From: Lama glama | Lineage: Eukaryota | Direction of reading: 5' to 3' | Length of the DNA: 64,000 nucleotides | Assembly: GCA_028534125.1 (NCBI GenBank) | Contig: CM052832.1 | Span: forward strand, 8,866,001-8,930,000 | Shown: piece after piece, positions 24,861-50,238 of the stretch | Numbering within the stretch: position 1 is the stretch's first letter | How the letters are laid out: the number at the start of each line of letters is the position of its first letter | The notes under the pieces: model-generated | Seen by the model: only the letters and a program-made list of their open reading frames with translations | Database searches by the model: none | What the model was told of the DNA's origin: nothing | Position numbers and translations under genes: made by a program

Positions 24861-25393
24861 TACCTCCAGTCTTTGGCGCCTCCAGCCTCCCAGCCCATGG
24901 CTCTCAGCACCCTGCCTCTACCACCCAGGTCTCTGGGTCTCTTGCCTCTGCAGACTCACTCCGTTGCTTCAACCATTGGACCTAACGGCCCTTCCCATAC
25001 ACACTCGGAGTCTCAATCCCCAGCAGTCCAATACATACAGGCCTCTGGGCTTCGCGTACCCTCTTTCCCAGGTCTGCTGCAGCCTCTCCCAGGGCTCTGG
25101 GATTCACTTTAATTCCAAGGCTGCCCTGCCCCCCACCGCCCCCTTCCCACTGCTCCAGATGAACTCACTCCATGCTGCATGCAGGGCCTTGGACCCTCCG
25201 TTTAGTCTCCAGATTTTGAGTTCTTTCAGCACAAACACCCCAGCTTTCCTCTCCTTAGGCCTGGCCCCACCCAGCCTGCAGCAGGCAACTCCTGGGCCCT
25301 GATTTTTACCCTACCCAGCCTGACAGCTGTTGCCACATTTGCTGCCCTAACTCCTGGGTGTCCTTGATTGTCTGACCTTCTCTCTCACTTTAG

Positions 25394-37988
<12,595 letters not shown>

Positions 37989-38034
37989 CTCTGGAGGCGG
38001 GGCCAGGGCTAGGTAGGGCCAGGGCTTTCTACAG

Positions 38035-38040
38035 AATAAA
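38035..38040 (+). terminator. CUL7: CUL7 poly(A) signal
   Basis: AATAAA 46 nt after the stop codon. Confidence 0.8.
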
Positions 38041-39929
38041 ATACAAGAGTTTGATTCCTTGACCTGTGTGGTGACTGCTAGGAATCTGACAGGGGCAGGG
38101 GGTGCTTTCCTGACTGACAGGGAAGAGCCCTCTGTTCTGAGGCTGCATCATGCCTGCTAGGAGCCACTCAGGGTGAGGATGGCAGCCTGGGGAGAAGGGC
38201 AGAGGGAGTCGGGTAGGACTGTGCATCCCCCTCTGGGCAGGGGGATTAAGTAGACTCCGCGGAAGGGTCTTCTCAGAGGGCCTTCTCAGAAGTGCTTTCA
38301 CCAGGAAGGCTGGGGACTCAAGCCCACCTTGCCACGAGCTGGACAGCTTGTAACACACACATCATCAAGCAAGGCTGTTTTCCTTGTTTGTGGAACTGGA
38401 GCAGTCACTGTGAGAGTCTGACGAGTACCAAGTGTGGGAGCATTTGACATAGTGAAAGCTTTGCCCCTGAGTCCCTCTTGCTGCCATGTTCAGCAGTGAC
38501 TGCAGTGCATGGTGCCCCCCCGAGGTTAGACTGAGGAGGATGGTGAGGTAAGGGTCCCTTGCAGCCACTGGGCGCACCCAAGACCTTAACGTGTGTCCCA
38601 CTCAGAAGCTCTAGGATCTGGGTTGGAAGCCGACCTAGAAGGAACTGCAGCCCTCATGGGCTCCTCCTCCCTTCACTCTGCCTCCACCAGTCCCAGGGCC
38701 TTGCCTGCAAGCTGCACACTGTCCCCAAAGCTGGACCCCAACTAGCCCGAGGCAGGCCTCTGCCACTGTGAGGGATTTGCTCTGTGCTACTATGATTGGC
38801 TCACCTGGCCCCACCCACACTGAGGCAGAGGAGGGGAGTGACCCAAGCATCCTGAGTCCATGACTAGGTGATTAGGAGAAAGCTACAGAAGAAAGGAGGG
38901 GGAGAGGGATGAGGGAGAGTCAGGTGATGGGAGAGGACAGAGAGACCAAAGGCGACTGGGTGCCACCCAACACTGAGATATTCCTGGAATGAAATCAGTC
39001 AAGAGAAAAAGAAGCCAGGGCTTAGGAAGGTCAGGATGCCCAGGATGAGACAACAGAGCAACACAGACACGGTGGGCCCATGCTTGCTCCACTTTGCAGT
39101 GTGGTGCTCCTGCTGGTTCTCACAGAACCATCCTGCTGGCCCGTGCTACTGGGAGGCAGCAGCAGGTTGGGGCAGCAGTGGGCACACTGGGGCTGCCGCA
39201 ATTTGTCACTTAGGTGCCTCTCCACTTTATGCCAGAGATCACAGCCTGTTTCTCTTATTGGTCCAGGCTGTGCCCTCATTCTTGAGCCAGCTCTCTGGGG
39301 CCAGCGCTCTTTGCTTCTCTGGGTTCTCATTCTCTTTATGAGCCAACCCTTTCCCACCGGACAGCCCCTGGGCTCTAGCAGCCAGGCCAGCGTGCACCAC
39401 ACATGGGGACCAGATGGGACTTTCTCCCATTGCTACCCTGTGCTGCTGCTGCCCCCACCAACTCCTACATGGGTGGAGCTGTAGGCCACTAACTAGGCTC
39501 ACCCACTGCACCTGTTTCCACCCCTTCATCCCTACTCAGTCGCCCTGCTCCGCACTTCCCCGTAGGGTACCCACCTGCTCATCTGCAGTGGACCAGCCTA
39601 CGATTCTTAAGGGAAGAACACACCAGTCTTGATCCCCCAAACCCTGCACGTTCCAGTCTGCAGTCCAGCTCCTACACATACCATCTAACCCCACTTTGAC
39701 TCTGGCCTGGCTGATATGCCCAAATCGAGCCATCCAGGCAAGCAGTCCTGACTGGCCTTCTCTCACCAGCACCAGTAAAGAGATCTGAGCCTCCTTCTCT
39801 GCGCTCAAGGCTTTTCATCCCTACAGGGCGAACACCTCCAGGCTGACTCGGGATGGAAGTTTGCTACCCTGACCCCCTTGTGAGCCTCATTCTGCAAAGC
39901 CTCATTCTTTATATCTCTTTAGCTGATTT

Positions 39930-40200
39930 GCACACAAAGGACTACATATTGATTCCATTTATATAAGATAAATCTAGAGAAAGTGGTTTGGTGGTTGCCT
40001 AGAGCTGGAGGAATTGGGAAGAAAGGGGAAAAGACTGCTAGAAGGTACGGGATTTCTTTTCGGGGTGCCGAAAATGTTACAAAATTGTGGTTATTCAACT
40101 CTGTGAATATACTAAAAACCACTGAATTGCCCACTTTCAGTGGGTAAATTGGAAGGCATGTGAATTGTATCTCAATAAAGCTATTAACAATAAAAACCAA
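39930..40200 (+). mobile_element. Old L1M 3'-UTR fragment
   Basis: GTGGTTGCCTAG...GGGATTTCTTTTCGGGGTG...GTGAATATACTAAAAACCACTGAATTG...GTGAATTGTATCTCAATAAAGCT. Confidence 0.75.
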
Positions 40201-41760
40201 AACCAAACAAACCCATAGCTGAAGCTCAGCTCTCCAAAGTCTCCTCTGACTCCTTGTCGAAGGGGAAAAGTAGCAGGCTTGGGGGCCAGTACAGTCTCAT
40301 AGTGGACATACATCATGATTTCTTGACCACCCTTCACCTGAACCTCTTTCTCACGCTTGGAAACCTCCCACCACAAATCTAGGTAGAAGAATCTACCTCC
40401 CACCATACAAAAAACCAGACATTTGCTTTCCCAGCCTCCCCCTTGCAGCCAGGTGATCAGATACCTCTGCCAGGAACATCTGTCTAGAGCAGAGCAGGGG
40501 GTAAATGGAGTGCTGCCTTTGGCAGTTGCAGTGGCAGTGACATCTTCACATCAATACTGGTTCTGAGAAAATTAACACAACGTTGTAAACTGACTATACT
40601 TCAATTAAACACACACACACAAAAGCTCACTGGTTCCAAGGTAGGATTTAGAGTGCTTTTAACTGCTCAGACTTTATCCCTCACTAGACTTTTTTTTGTT
40701 TTTTTTGAGCTTCTCTCCAACCTTAGTTCCTCTGTAAGCCAAATAGTTCAATAGTCTTCGTCTGCTTTTATCAACCAGAATCAGTTTTTTTGGCTTTAAA
40801 GCAGGACTGATACATGTGACACTGGGGACCCTGGAGCATGGGCTCCCTCACTCCCTTTGGGCCAAACTATCCTGGTAGCTACAGCTCTCATCTTACAATT
40901 ACTGGGAGCAGCACATTTTATGCATTTTTATCATCAGAACATCTTTCCCCCATCAAAGAAATATCAAGTAATAACAGATGTCCTAACTTCTAATTCTACC
41001 TCCCTTTTTCTTTACAGCTGCTTTTTAGATGTTAATCTTTCTAATATTCTGTATCTTTGTCATTTATTTGCCCCCTCATCCTATTTGTGATTAACTTGGT
41101 CTTCTTAATTCTTAGAGTTTATAAATTTTATCAATTCTAGAAAATTCTCAGCCTCCTTAAAATTACCTCCTTCTGCAACTTTGGTTTGGGTCACACCTCA
41201 CTCTATCGTCTGCTTTTTCACCTCTTTTCCTTAGTTTCTCTTTCTCTCTATCTCTGGGCTCCATGGGTATACCCTCTTCAGATCTACTTCCAGCTCATTT
41301 TCCTTCCTGATGTGTCTAATCTGCCACTTAATCATAAAGTCTGTAACTTCAAATAGTATATTTTTCATTAAAAAATTTTTTTAATCAAACTAATTTGGTC
41401 CTTTTTTTCATTAGCATACCTTTTCTTTCATCATAAGACTTTTTTTTTGTATTTTATACTTCCAACATCTCAAGTCTTGCTGGTTTGATTTTATTGCCTA
41501 TTGTTTCTTACGACTCCTGCTCATGGTAGTTTCTTTCCTCGTGCGCTTTATGTCTTCACTGTAGGCTCATATTCCTTGAAATTCTATCTGAAGGAATTCC
41601 TTGAGGCCTAGATTTAAAGTTCAGTCCTCAAGAGAGGATTGTATTTGGTTCTGCCAGGTACCTAGAGAGACCATCAACCTGAGATCCTTGTAAACTTAAT
41701 TGTCAGCTTGAGGATTTTCCAGCCCACATTAGTATGAACTGTCCACCCCAACAGTACTGA

Positions 41761-41910
41761 GGGGGGAAGGGTATGCTCAGTGGTAGAGTGTATACCTAGC
41801 AAGCACAAGGTCCTGGGTTCAATCCCCAGTACCTCCACTAAAAATAATAAATTAAAAAACCCAATTACCACCCCCAAATAAAATAACACTAAAACAAACA
41901 AACAAAAAAA
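41761..41910 (+). mobile_element. tRNA-derived SINE (camelid Vic-1-like)
   Basis: GGGTATGCTCAGTGGTAGAGTG...GTCCTGGGTTCAATCCCCAGTACCTCC, CCAATTACC and an A-rich tail. Confidence 0.85.
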
Positions 41911-42577
41911 CCCAACTACTGGGAGCCAGCTGTGTTTACAAGTTATTGGGGAAGCTCTTTGTCCCACATCCTACCACCCCTTGAATCCAAAATCAAAGCT
42001 AAGGAGGTGAGTTGTGGGATTGGTTCCCTCTCTGAATGACTGTTTCAGCTGTTGGATTTAAGTAGGATGGGTCTCTGATCTGACTTCCCACTCTGTGGGA
42101 ACCTTAGGTTTATTGCCTACCTCATATGTCCCTGAAACAATAGTTCTACGCCACTCACAAAAGAAACAAAATAAAAAGATGAGTAATAAGAGTGTTTATG
42201 AACTGGCTCCTACAGAGTCCCAGCCCTGGGAGTCACTGACAGACTCTATGGCCTTCAACTGGCCTCAAGATCACTCACTGGTCCTTCTCTTTCTACACCA
42301 GAATCATTATTTTAAGGCACGGATGGGAGAAGGACACTAGAATATTATGAAGCAGATCCAAGCAGGGCAAGTGTGGCATGGCAGAGGGCTGACCTGCTCC
42401 TCCTGTCAGCCCTGGGGCAGTCAGAGAGCCCTCTAGTCATCTCCGAGCCAATCTAGTTCCAAGGCAGATGTGATTCTCGCCCTTGAATGGGAAAGAATCA
42501 GAACAGGGCAAGCCCAAAGGTGTCCCCACAGATGCATTTCTCACTGGGGTAGTGGCAGAGCTGAGGACAGTTCCTTA

Positions 42578-45500
42578 TTACTCTTTGCTCAAAGGGAGAT
42601 GTCTTCTGTCCTTGCCTGCATTTCGGCGCCTCTTTCGACTCAAAAAGCTCTCTAACTTCTTGCTGCGTTTCAGCTCCTTGAACTTTTCAGCGAGGACCAA
42701 CTGGCGCTGCTCAGCTGGAGCACAGGAAGAAAAAAAGCTGGTAAGCAAAGAAAGCCCCCTTTCCCTTTCCCCAGGCCCGTAATTCTTAACCACTTTGCTC
42801 GAATACATAACATATCCGGAGTTCACCGGTGTGTGGAAGCAAGGTGACTCCTATGATTCTACTCTTTCTCAATATGAGTTTCTTCTCTGTGCCCAACCTA
42901 ACAAACAGAGATACGAGTGACACTTCCTGACCATAGTCTAATTAGGGATACAGGAATGGTTATACACAACCCTGCCCTACTATTTCTACTTTCCTTCAAC
43001 TTACCATAGGATCCAGCCTTCATGCCTCCCTTAGGGAGCTCATAGGCCCCCAATACAGCATCCTGCCACTATGGCCACCCAACCCCCATCCCTGTAACTA
43101 GTCGGTCATAGCTGTGCCCTACTCACATTTCTTCAGGAAGTACGGCCGATGGCCCTGCTGGGCCTGAGCCCGCCGTTCCTGCTTCAGTGCCAGGCGCAGC
43201 TCCTGCTGCTGCTTCCGTTCCTGCTGCGCCATTTCTTGCTGCTCCTGATGAGCAAAGATGAGATTGGGGGGACAGGTGAATAGGAGGGACTGTGAATCAC
43301 CTTCCACTTCTACCTGCTCTCCCTACTTCCCCCTCCCTGGGTAATTCTCACCTACTCACCATTCGCTGAAGCAGCTGCTGCAGTTTCTCATGCTCCTCCC
43401 CTGAACGGCGCTTCTTCAACTGCTTTTTCACAAGCTCCACATTGAAAGGTGAATATGATGGTTAGCATTCTGTAAATGTTAGCTAAAACTTTGTGCCTAG
43501 CGTTATTCTAAGAGATTCACGTGTTAACTCAATGACACTATGAGACAGGAATTATTATCTCTTTCTATGATTAGGAAACTGAAGCAGAAATTGGTTAAGT
43601 AACCTGCCAATGATGACATCAGCTAGTGAACTGATGCACCCTACTCCCTTCTGCCAGACTCCCTAACCTGTGCTCTAGTTTTCCACCCCTCGGAGTCCCC
43701 ACAAACCAGTCCCATGCTACACACCTCTTTCTCTCTGGCTCGGATGTCATTTAGAAATTTATATGTTTTATCAAACACCTCAGGATTATATTCCCCTGAC
43801 AGATCGTCAAAGCGGGGGTCCCGGGCTACCTTTGGAGAGAACAGAGAATATAAAAGAATTGTTCGGTGTCCTTTCACTTAGAAAGTGCTTACTGCCTCCT
43901 CCTCACCTTCTTACTGATGGGGACAACTTGACGCAAAAATGGCACCCGGACCTTGGCTGACATTTCCAGAGGCCTACAGGGAAATCAAAGGACAGGTCAC
44001 AGGCCTCCCACCTGCCATCCAGGAAAGCAGACAATTACTCAAGGTCCCAGGTATCCTCCAACTGGGACAGGCCTTGCTCCTCACCTGTGCTTATCTGCAA
44101 CACACGCTTTTTGGACAGGTGGTCTAGAACCTTGCTTCTTAGTGCTGTTTCCAGTTACCAATTGTTTGAATGTCTTAGTCCCCATTTGGTTCTGCAATTC
44201 CAACAGCTCCTCAAATGACATGTTAGATGTGCCTGTGGAAGTGGGGTGGGGGGACCACAAGATGTTCAGCTCAGCACCTTCCACTGCTGCAAAGACACCA
44301 TCCCATCCTTACTCCTTAGGTCACTGATCCTTTCCAATATCCTAACCTTAAGGCCCATCACTGCAGGTCCCGGGCAGCACAAGTTGTAACGGTGCTACAC
44401 TGACACCTAACTCCCCATCTGTTCCCGTTACCTGGGGCCTCATCTTGCTAAGGTGTATATGTAAGGCTGGAGGTGGACCAAGCCAGTTTCTTCTTTTTCA
44501 TCTTCTCTCTTTTGGGGGGAGGAGGGGTGATTAGGTATGATGATGATGATGATGGTGAATTTAATGGGGTTACTTGAAGATTGAGCCCATGACTTCGTGC
44601 ATGCTAAGTATGTGCTCTACCACTGAGCTATACCCTCTTCCCTTTCATCTTCTCTTTTAAATTATTCCTTTGCAGGCTTCCCCACAAGGGCTCCTGCCTC
44701 CCTTGCTCAGGTACCACTGTCATTATTCTGGTTCAGAATACTCTCAACACCTCTCACTTTTATCAGTGCTCTAGCCTCCTAACTGCTCTCTCAACTTCCA
44801 CTCTCAATCCTCTTGAAGCTATGCTCCCCAGAGAGAGACATCGAAAATGCAAATCCGATCTTAGCACTCCCACCTTATTTCCACATACATATCCTTCAGA
44901 TCAGAACTCAAAATTCCCCAATGGCTTCTATCTTGCTCAAAATAAAAGCTATAGGCTTTGTAACAGCCTGAAACCCCCACGTGACCAAAACCCCATATTG
45001 TCTCTAATCTTCCTACTCCTTTCCAGTCGACTGGCATCCTAGCAGTTCTTAAGCAGGGAGGTATGTTCCCATCTTAGTTCCTTTGCACTTAATTTTGCCT
45101 CTGCTTGGGAACACTTCCTCCAGATGTATTTATTACTTGCTCTCTCACCTCCTTCAAAGTATTTCTCAAATGTCCCCTACTCAGCGAGGCCTTCTGTGAT
45201 TACTTAAAAACTGTAACCCTGCCTCTGCTTTCTCTTCAAAGCTCTTATCATTTTTTTGAAAAACTGGGATACAACTCATATACCATATAATTCACCATTT
45301 AAAGTATGTCATTCTGTGCTTTATTGTCTTTTCATATACCAACTTGCTTGGTTTTTGTTTTTTAACCCCTAAAAGGTAAGAGAACTTTTTGGGGTTGCTT
45401 TATTCACTATTCTCTCTTAAGCATCTAGAACTGTACCTGCATACAACAGATGCTCAACAGTGTTTCTGAAATTTGTTGACTCCTGACCTACTAACTATTC

Positions 45501-45931
45501 CCCAACCATCCATGCCCTTTCCTGACTGTGCTTTTGAACATCCGTTTTCTCCCTGCGCAAAACCCTCATCCTCCCTTTAAGAAACTGTTCAGGATGTCCT
45601 AATCCAGGAAGCATCCTCTCTCACTCCCCACTTTCCAGTGCGTTGGGGGGCGCCCCAGTGTTTGAGTCTGTCAGAGAATTGAGCAGTCTCATGGTGACGG
45701 CGTCCACAGGGTTAGAGCCCACACCAGACTCTTGAGTTACTGGGCGCCGGGCGGGCACCGCCGTCTGGATCCTCTCCCCGCCCCCAGCGCCCACGCTACC
45801 CCTCAGCCCAGCGCCGTGCCCTCACCCTTCCGCAAGTCTTCGGACTCCAGGCCCTTGGAGTCCTCCCAATCATCCTGGGCCCCACCAGGAGACTCGGCAG
45901 CCGCCCAGTCGCGAGAGCTCGCTCTCGGCAT
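42578..45931 (-). CDS. RRP36: Ribosomal RNA processing protein 36, 7 exons, 251 aa
   Basis: Exons 45826-45931, 44085-44232, 43907-43973, 43725-43829, 43360-43434, 43127-43244, 42578-42714 (756 nt, in frame). Motifs GTSNMSFEELLELQ, RDPRFDDLSGEYNPEVF and RKRRRNAGKDRRHLPLSKE*. Confidence 0.96.
43470..43630 (-). mobile_element. MIR SINE (RRP36 intron 4)
   Basis: GATTAGGAAACTGAAGCAGAAATTGGTTAAGTAACCTGCC resembles the reverse MIR core. Confidence 0.65.
44514..44643 (-). mobile_element. tRNA-derived SINE (camelid Vic-1-like)
   Basis: Reverse complement reads GAGGGTATAGCTCAGTGGTAGAGCACATACTTAGCATGCACGA. Flanked by duplicated TTTCATCTTCTCT. Confidence 0.8.
44700..45480 (+). mobile_element. L2 LINE 3' fragment (RRP36 intron 1)
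   Basis: CTAGCCTCCTAACTGCTCTC, CTCAAAATTCCCCAATGGCTTC, CCTTTGCACTT, CTCAAATGTCCCC and GCATCTAGAAC...GATGCTCAA. Confidence 0.65.
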
Positions 45932-46200
45932 CCGTTCGTGCGGCGCGGCGAAGACGAATGGCGCTACTTCCGCCCCAGCGGCCCTCGCCCCGCCCCTTCC
46001 GGTGTCTATGGGAGGCCGAGTACACGCGGCACAGGACAGCAGAGCAGAACCTGCCCACTGCTGAGCCGCCGGGCGGGGTCAGACGGGCTGCCCTTGGGTT
46101 CTGGACCTAAGAGAGCGCCCACTCGAGGTAAAGTCGCCACCTTTCCGTCGCATGGCACTGTCCGCGCCGATGAGAGACTACGTCCAGCCGTCATGATGTC
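45720..46200 (-). promoter_or_regulatory. RRP36: RRP36 CpG-island promoter
   Basis: CpG-rich, with GC boxes, ETS (CTTCCGG ~45996) and ACTACG-type motif at ~46177, directly upstream of the RRP36 ATG. Confidence 0.75.
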
Positions 46201-46309
46201 TAGTTGCCTAATGCTCTTGGCTGAGAAGCCAGAACCTCAGCACTCTGCCCCCATAGCACACTCCTACCATCCCCATCATATTCCACAAAAGATCACACGT
46301 ATGGAGATT

Positions 46310-46315
46310 TTTATT
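46310..46315 (-). terminator. KLHDC3: KLHDC3 poly(A) signal
   Basis: TTTATT on the + strand about 550 nt past the KLHDC3 stop codon. Confidence 0.7.
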
Positions 46316-46860
46316 CCATTTTTATAAAATCGGAGCTGGCTGAGAGCGTCAGGGCGCAGCAACAGCTTAAGGAAGGGTGGGATTATCTGCTGGTCCTTGC
46401 CTCCCCAGGTAAGGGAGAAGGAGGTTTCATGCCAACAGCTGCAACTCTCAGCTCCCAATCAATACCCATGGCTCAAGCAGGGGGAAGGAGTGGAAATACG
46501 GGTAGGGGGGAAGCTCCTGAGGCTCAGACACTGCTTGCTTCTCCCTTCACCCCATTCCCTTCTTCTATTCCCAGCAGAGCATGGCTGGCATGGGGCAGAG
46601 CAGAGGCCCAGGAGCAGCTGGAGGGAGGTGGACGGGACAGAGCACCAAGGGGAAGGGGCCCCCGGCCCAAGGAGGAAGGGACCTAGCCCTCCCCACCTAC
46701 AGCTCCCCACTGAGTTCACAGCACAGAAAACATCTCTAGTCCAACAACTCCATGTGGAGGTATACCGAGTCCAGGGTCCAAAGGGGCAGGCGGGTGAGAG
46801 ATGGGCAGGGGCAGTGGAGACAACAGCAGGCTCAGGAAGGGAGGTGGCAGAAACTTCCCC

Positions 46861-49800
46861 CTATCCATGGGAGGAGACGATGGGGCGACTGATATTGCTG
46901 TTGGTGGTCATGGCATTCAGCTCCCACCTGGAAGGCCAACAATGACAGGCAGAAAGGACAGAAAGGGGAGCCTCCACCCCCAAGCCCAGAATTGCTTGAA
47001 CAAAGCTATGAACATACCAGTCCCTTCTACTTCCTAAAGCTCAACCACCCACAGCCACCTCTGCCTTACAGCCCTACTAGGTTTAACAATTAGTCACCAC
47101 CCACCACCAAATCCAGTACCACCCACTCCTCCACCTGCAAGCTCATGTGGACTTCCTGTTTGCTTACATATTTGTATTCTTGTGCCCAACACTTGGAGAA
47201 AACCACCTGTGTATAAATCTCAATAAACTTCCCAACCTACCTTTCCTCCTCTGCTCAGATCCAAAACGAAAGCCTATCCCCCTCACTCCACCAGGAATGC
47301 CCCTTTGTGCTCTCAATTCCCATCCTTTTAAGGCTCTGACTTAGCTCTCACATCCTCCCTGAGGCCTTCTCCACCCATTCCACCACATTAAAATTAAGTC
47401 CCTCTCTTTTTAGCAATTCTATCACTCTACATAGATTCACCAAGTACCTCCTTACACCAAGGCTACAGTCTACTTGGTATTAGGTACTTGCACATGTGTC
47501 AATCCTGGGCTGATCCGAGATCCATCAGTTCAACCGTGTATACTCTGTCACTAAATACTGAACACAGAGACCCTCAGCAAGTAAGAGTTAAATTGAACTG
47601 ATACAAGGAGAGGGAAGCGTCGCAGAATGACCCAGAAGGGCACAATTATACGCAAAATAACTTAGTGCTTGATCTGGACCTAAGAATGGAATTCAAAGGC
47701 AAGTAGCTAGGAAGGACCTCCCTTAATTCTGGAACTGATGTGATCCAGAAGCTCTGAAACTTGTCTTTACTTTGCAGTTAGGTTCTAAGATTTAATCAAA
47801 CTTTCTCAGCACATTAACAAAAACTGAATAAGCAGGTCTCAGGAAGAAGTGATGTTTCTGAGCTTGGTTTGAAAAACTGGATTTTTTTTTTCCCCACACA
47901 ATTTACCGTGCTGACAGTTTTATATTTCCTTCCAGCTCACTCTCCACAAGCACACTACATCTCCAGCAAAACAAAACCTATCTCCCCCATCCTGAGACCA
48001 AGCCAGTCAGGTCATGCCTGTGCTGCCCACTGACTTCAACCCATCCCTTTCTAACCAGTCACTATACCTGATGTCATGGGGCAAACAGGACTGGTCCAGG
48101 TTATACTGAATCACAGCCAGTTTGCACAGAGTCTTCAGACTAGGGCCTTAAAAGGAGGAGTGGAGAAGAGGGAGATGGTCAAAGCTGAGGAAAGAGCCCA
48201 GTCCTCGATATCACCACCCAAAGACAGGCACCCTGATGACATGAGCACTTTGGGAATAAGTGTACTTACTAAAGTCCAAGATGTGTAAGTCAGAATGATC
48301 TATGAGGTCAAATTCATCTCCCAGGCCTTCCTCAGGAGACGGACTGTAGGGATCAAAAGAGAGATGAAGGAAGGAGCAGAGACGACCCACGAGACCCTCT
48401 CGCTCAAATGTCTCCCAGGTGAGTCACAGGCCGAGACCCTTCCTGGATCCCTCCCCTCTCTCCTCCTAACCTGGTGCCCCCAAAGAGGACAATCTTGTCA
48501 CCAACAATACAGCAACACTGGCGCCGGCGGGGACATGGCCCCTTCCCTTTCGGTTCAATCTTTTTCCAGGTAAACGACACTAAAAAGAATTTATATGGTG
48601 GTTCAAGGCCTGCCTACTCCAGATATCCTCTCCACCCACGCACCTCACCTATTCAGGATTATTCTCCCCCTTGCCCGAAATTCCTCTTTGTTCCTCCTTT
48701 AAAGGCAGTGCTCTTTACCAGGGTTAAACTTCCAGAGGTCATGGAAGTGTCGGTTCAGCCTTGCATTATAGCCACCAAAAATGTACAGCTCCCCATTGTA
48801 GCCAACTGGAAGGAGAGAGGAATGTTAGGAGCGTGGGGACAATGGGTGGGAAGGGGACTCGGTGGGGATGGAACAGACACTCACAAGCTGAGTGGCTCCG
48901 GCGCCCCTCAGGAAGCACTGGGGTGGGTGGACAGTCCAGCCAGGCCTCAGTCCTCGTGTCAAAGACGCGGATGCGGTTGCAGTAAATCTCGTTGTTGGAA
49001 TGGAATGGCCCAAAACGGTCGGCGCGGCCCCCAAAGACATACATGTGACTGCCCAGCATTGTGGCCGAGTGGAAGTCCCTCCAGCGTGCAGGGTTGCCCT
49101 GGGCAGGAGCAGGGTGGGAGGGGAAGAGGGTCAGCTTTCACTGTTTGAGCTCCCTATGGTTTCTTCAATTGAGGGTGGGGACCTGGGAGAGAGGAAGAAG
49201 GGCAGACCTTTGTACAGATCAGGGTCCACGTCATGGTGCTGGTATCCAGCTTGTGAATGTCATTGGAAAAGCAGTCCGCCTGAGAGGGAAGAGAGAGGAA
49301 GTGAAGGAAGGAATAAATGAGGGGCAGTGGTCACTCTCTGGCCCTCCATCCCTCCCCACTCAGAACCTGCAAGCAAACCAAAGCCTTCCACTCCACGACC
49401 TTCAATTCCCCTTCCACTTTCTCATTCCCACCCTAAACCTGTAGTTTCTTCCCAGACCTACCAGCTGCTCGTAGCCCCCGAAAATGTACATGGTCTTGCC
49501 CAGGACACAAGCCGAATGTCCATCCCGGGCCCCAGGAACTGTTCCTGACACTCGGGGTGTGGACCACTTGTGAGTATCTGAAGGAGGGGAGAGGGTGGGC
49601 CTGGTAAGCAAGTTGACACTCTCTCCTAGACTCTGGGGCGCCTTACTCCCAGCCCCCTCAGCCCACACCCTTCCCAGCCCCACAAGGCACCAGCTGGCAG
49701 AACATAGCCTCTCCAAGACCCATACTCACTGACATCAAAGGCATAGAGCACGTTGCAGGCCCCTTCGGTGTCATTCCGCCCGCCCCAGAGGAAGACCGTG

Positions 49801-50238
49801 TCATCGATGAGGACAGTTGAGTGTCCATACCTCATGTAGGGTACCACGGGAGCCTGCCCGCGGGTGGCAGGTCTCACCGGGGGCAGCTTTGTCCAACGCA
49901 AGGACACTGTGGGCACAGTTCTGCTCAGCCCTGGGAACCTCCCTTCAGGCTGTCCACCTTTTCCCAAACCAGATACTCATTTCCCCCACTCCCTTTGGCC
50001 ACAGGGATCACCATCAAACCTCATTCAGCTGCCCGTTGCCCTCCCTGACATGGGCACCCAGGGAGGGTCCCCAAATTAGCTTACCTGCATTGAAAATGTG
50101 CACATCAATCTGACGCAGCGTCTCATNNNNNNNNNNNNNNNNNNNNNNNNNNNNNNNNNNNNNNNNNNNNNNNNNNNNNNNNNNNNNNNNNNNNNNNNNN
50201 NNNNNNNNNNNNNNNNNNNNNNNNNNNNNNNNNNNNNN
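46861..50238 (-). CDS. KLHDC3: Kelch domain-containing protein 3, 10 coding exons (start codon hidden in an N-run, position estimated)
   Basis: Exons 50085-(50126, rest in Ns), 49730-49906, 49462-49577, 49208-49279, 48885-49098, 48719-48805, 48471-48579, 48270-48343, 48068-48146, 46861-46927. Kelch repeats (YMRYGHSTV, ARDGHSACV, RWRDFHSAT, GRRSHSAF); BC/cullin box SPSLKTLCKLAV; ends RPIVSSHG*. Confidence 0.95.

Noticed and set aside
23875-24910. 285-aa and 267-aa minus-strand ORFs over the CUL7 promoter
   Set aside because: CpG-island artefacts with no recognisable domain.
46928-48067. Possible intronic snoRNA in the last KLHDC3 intron
   Set aside because: No properly oriented C/D or H/ACA boxes with a terminal stem could be identified by eye.
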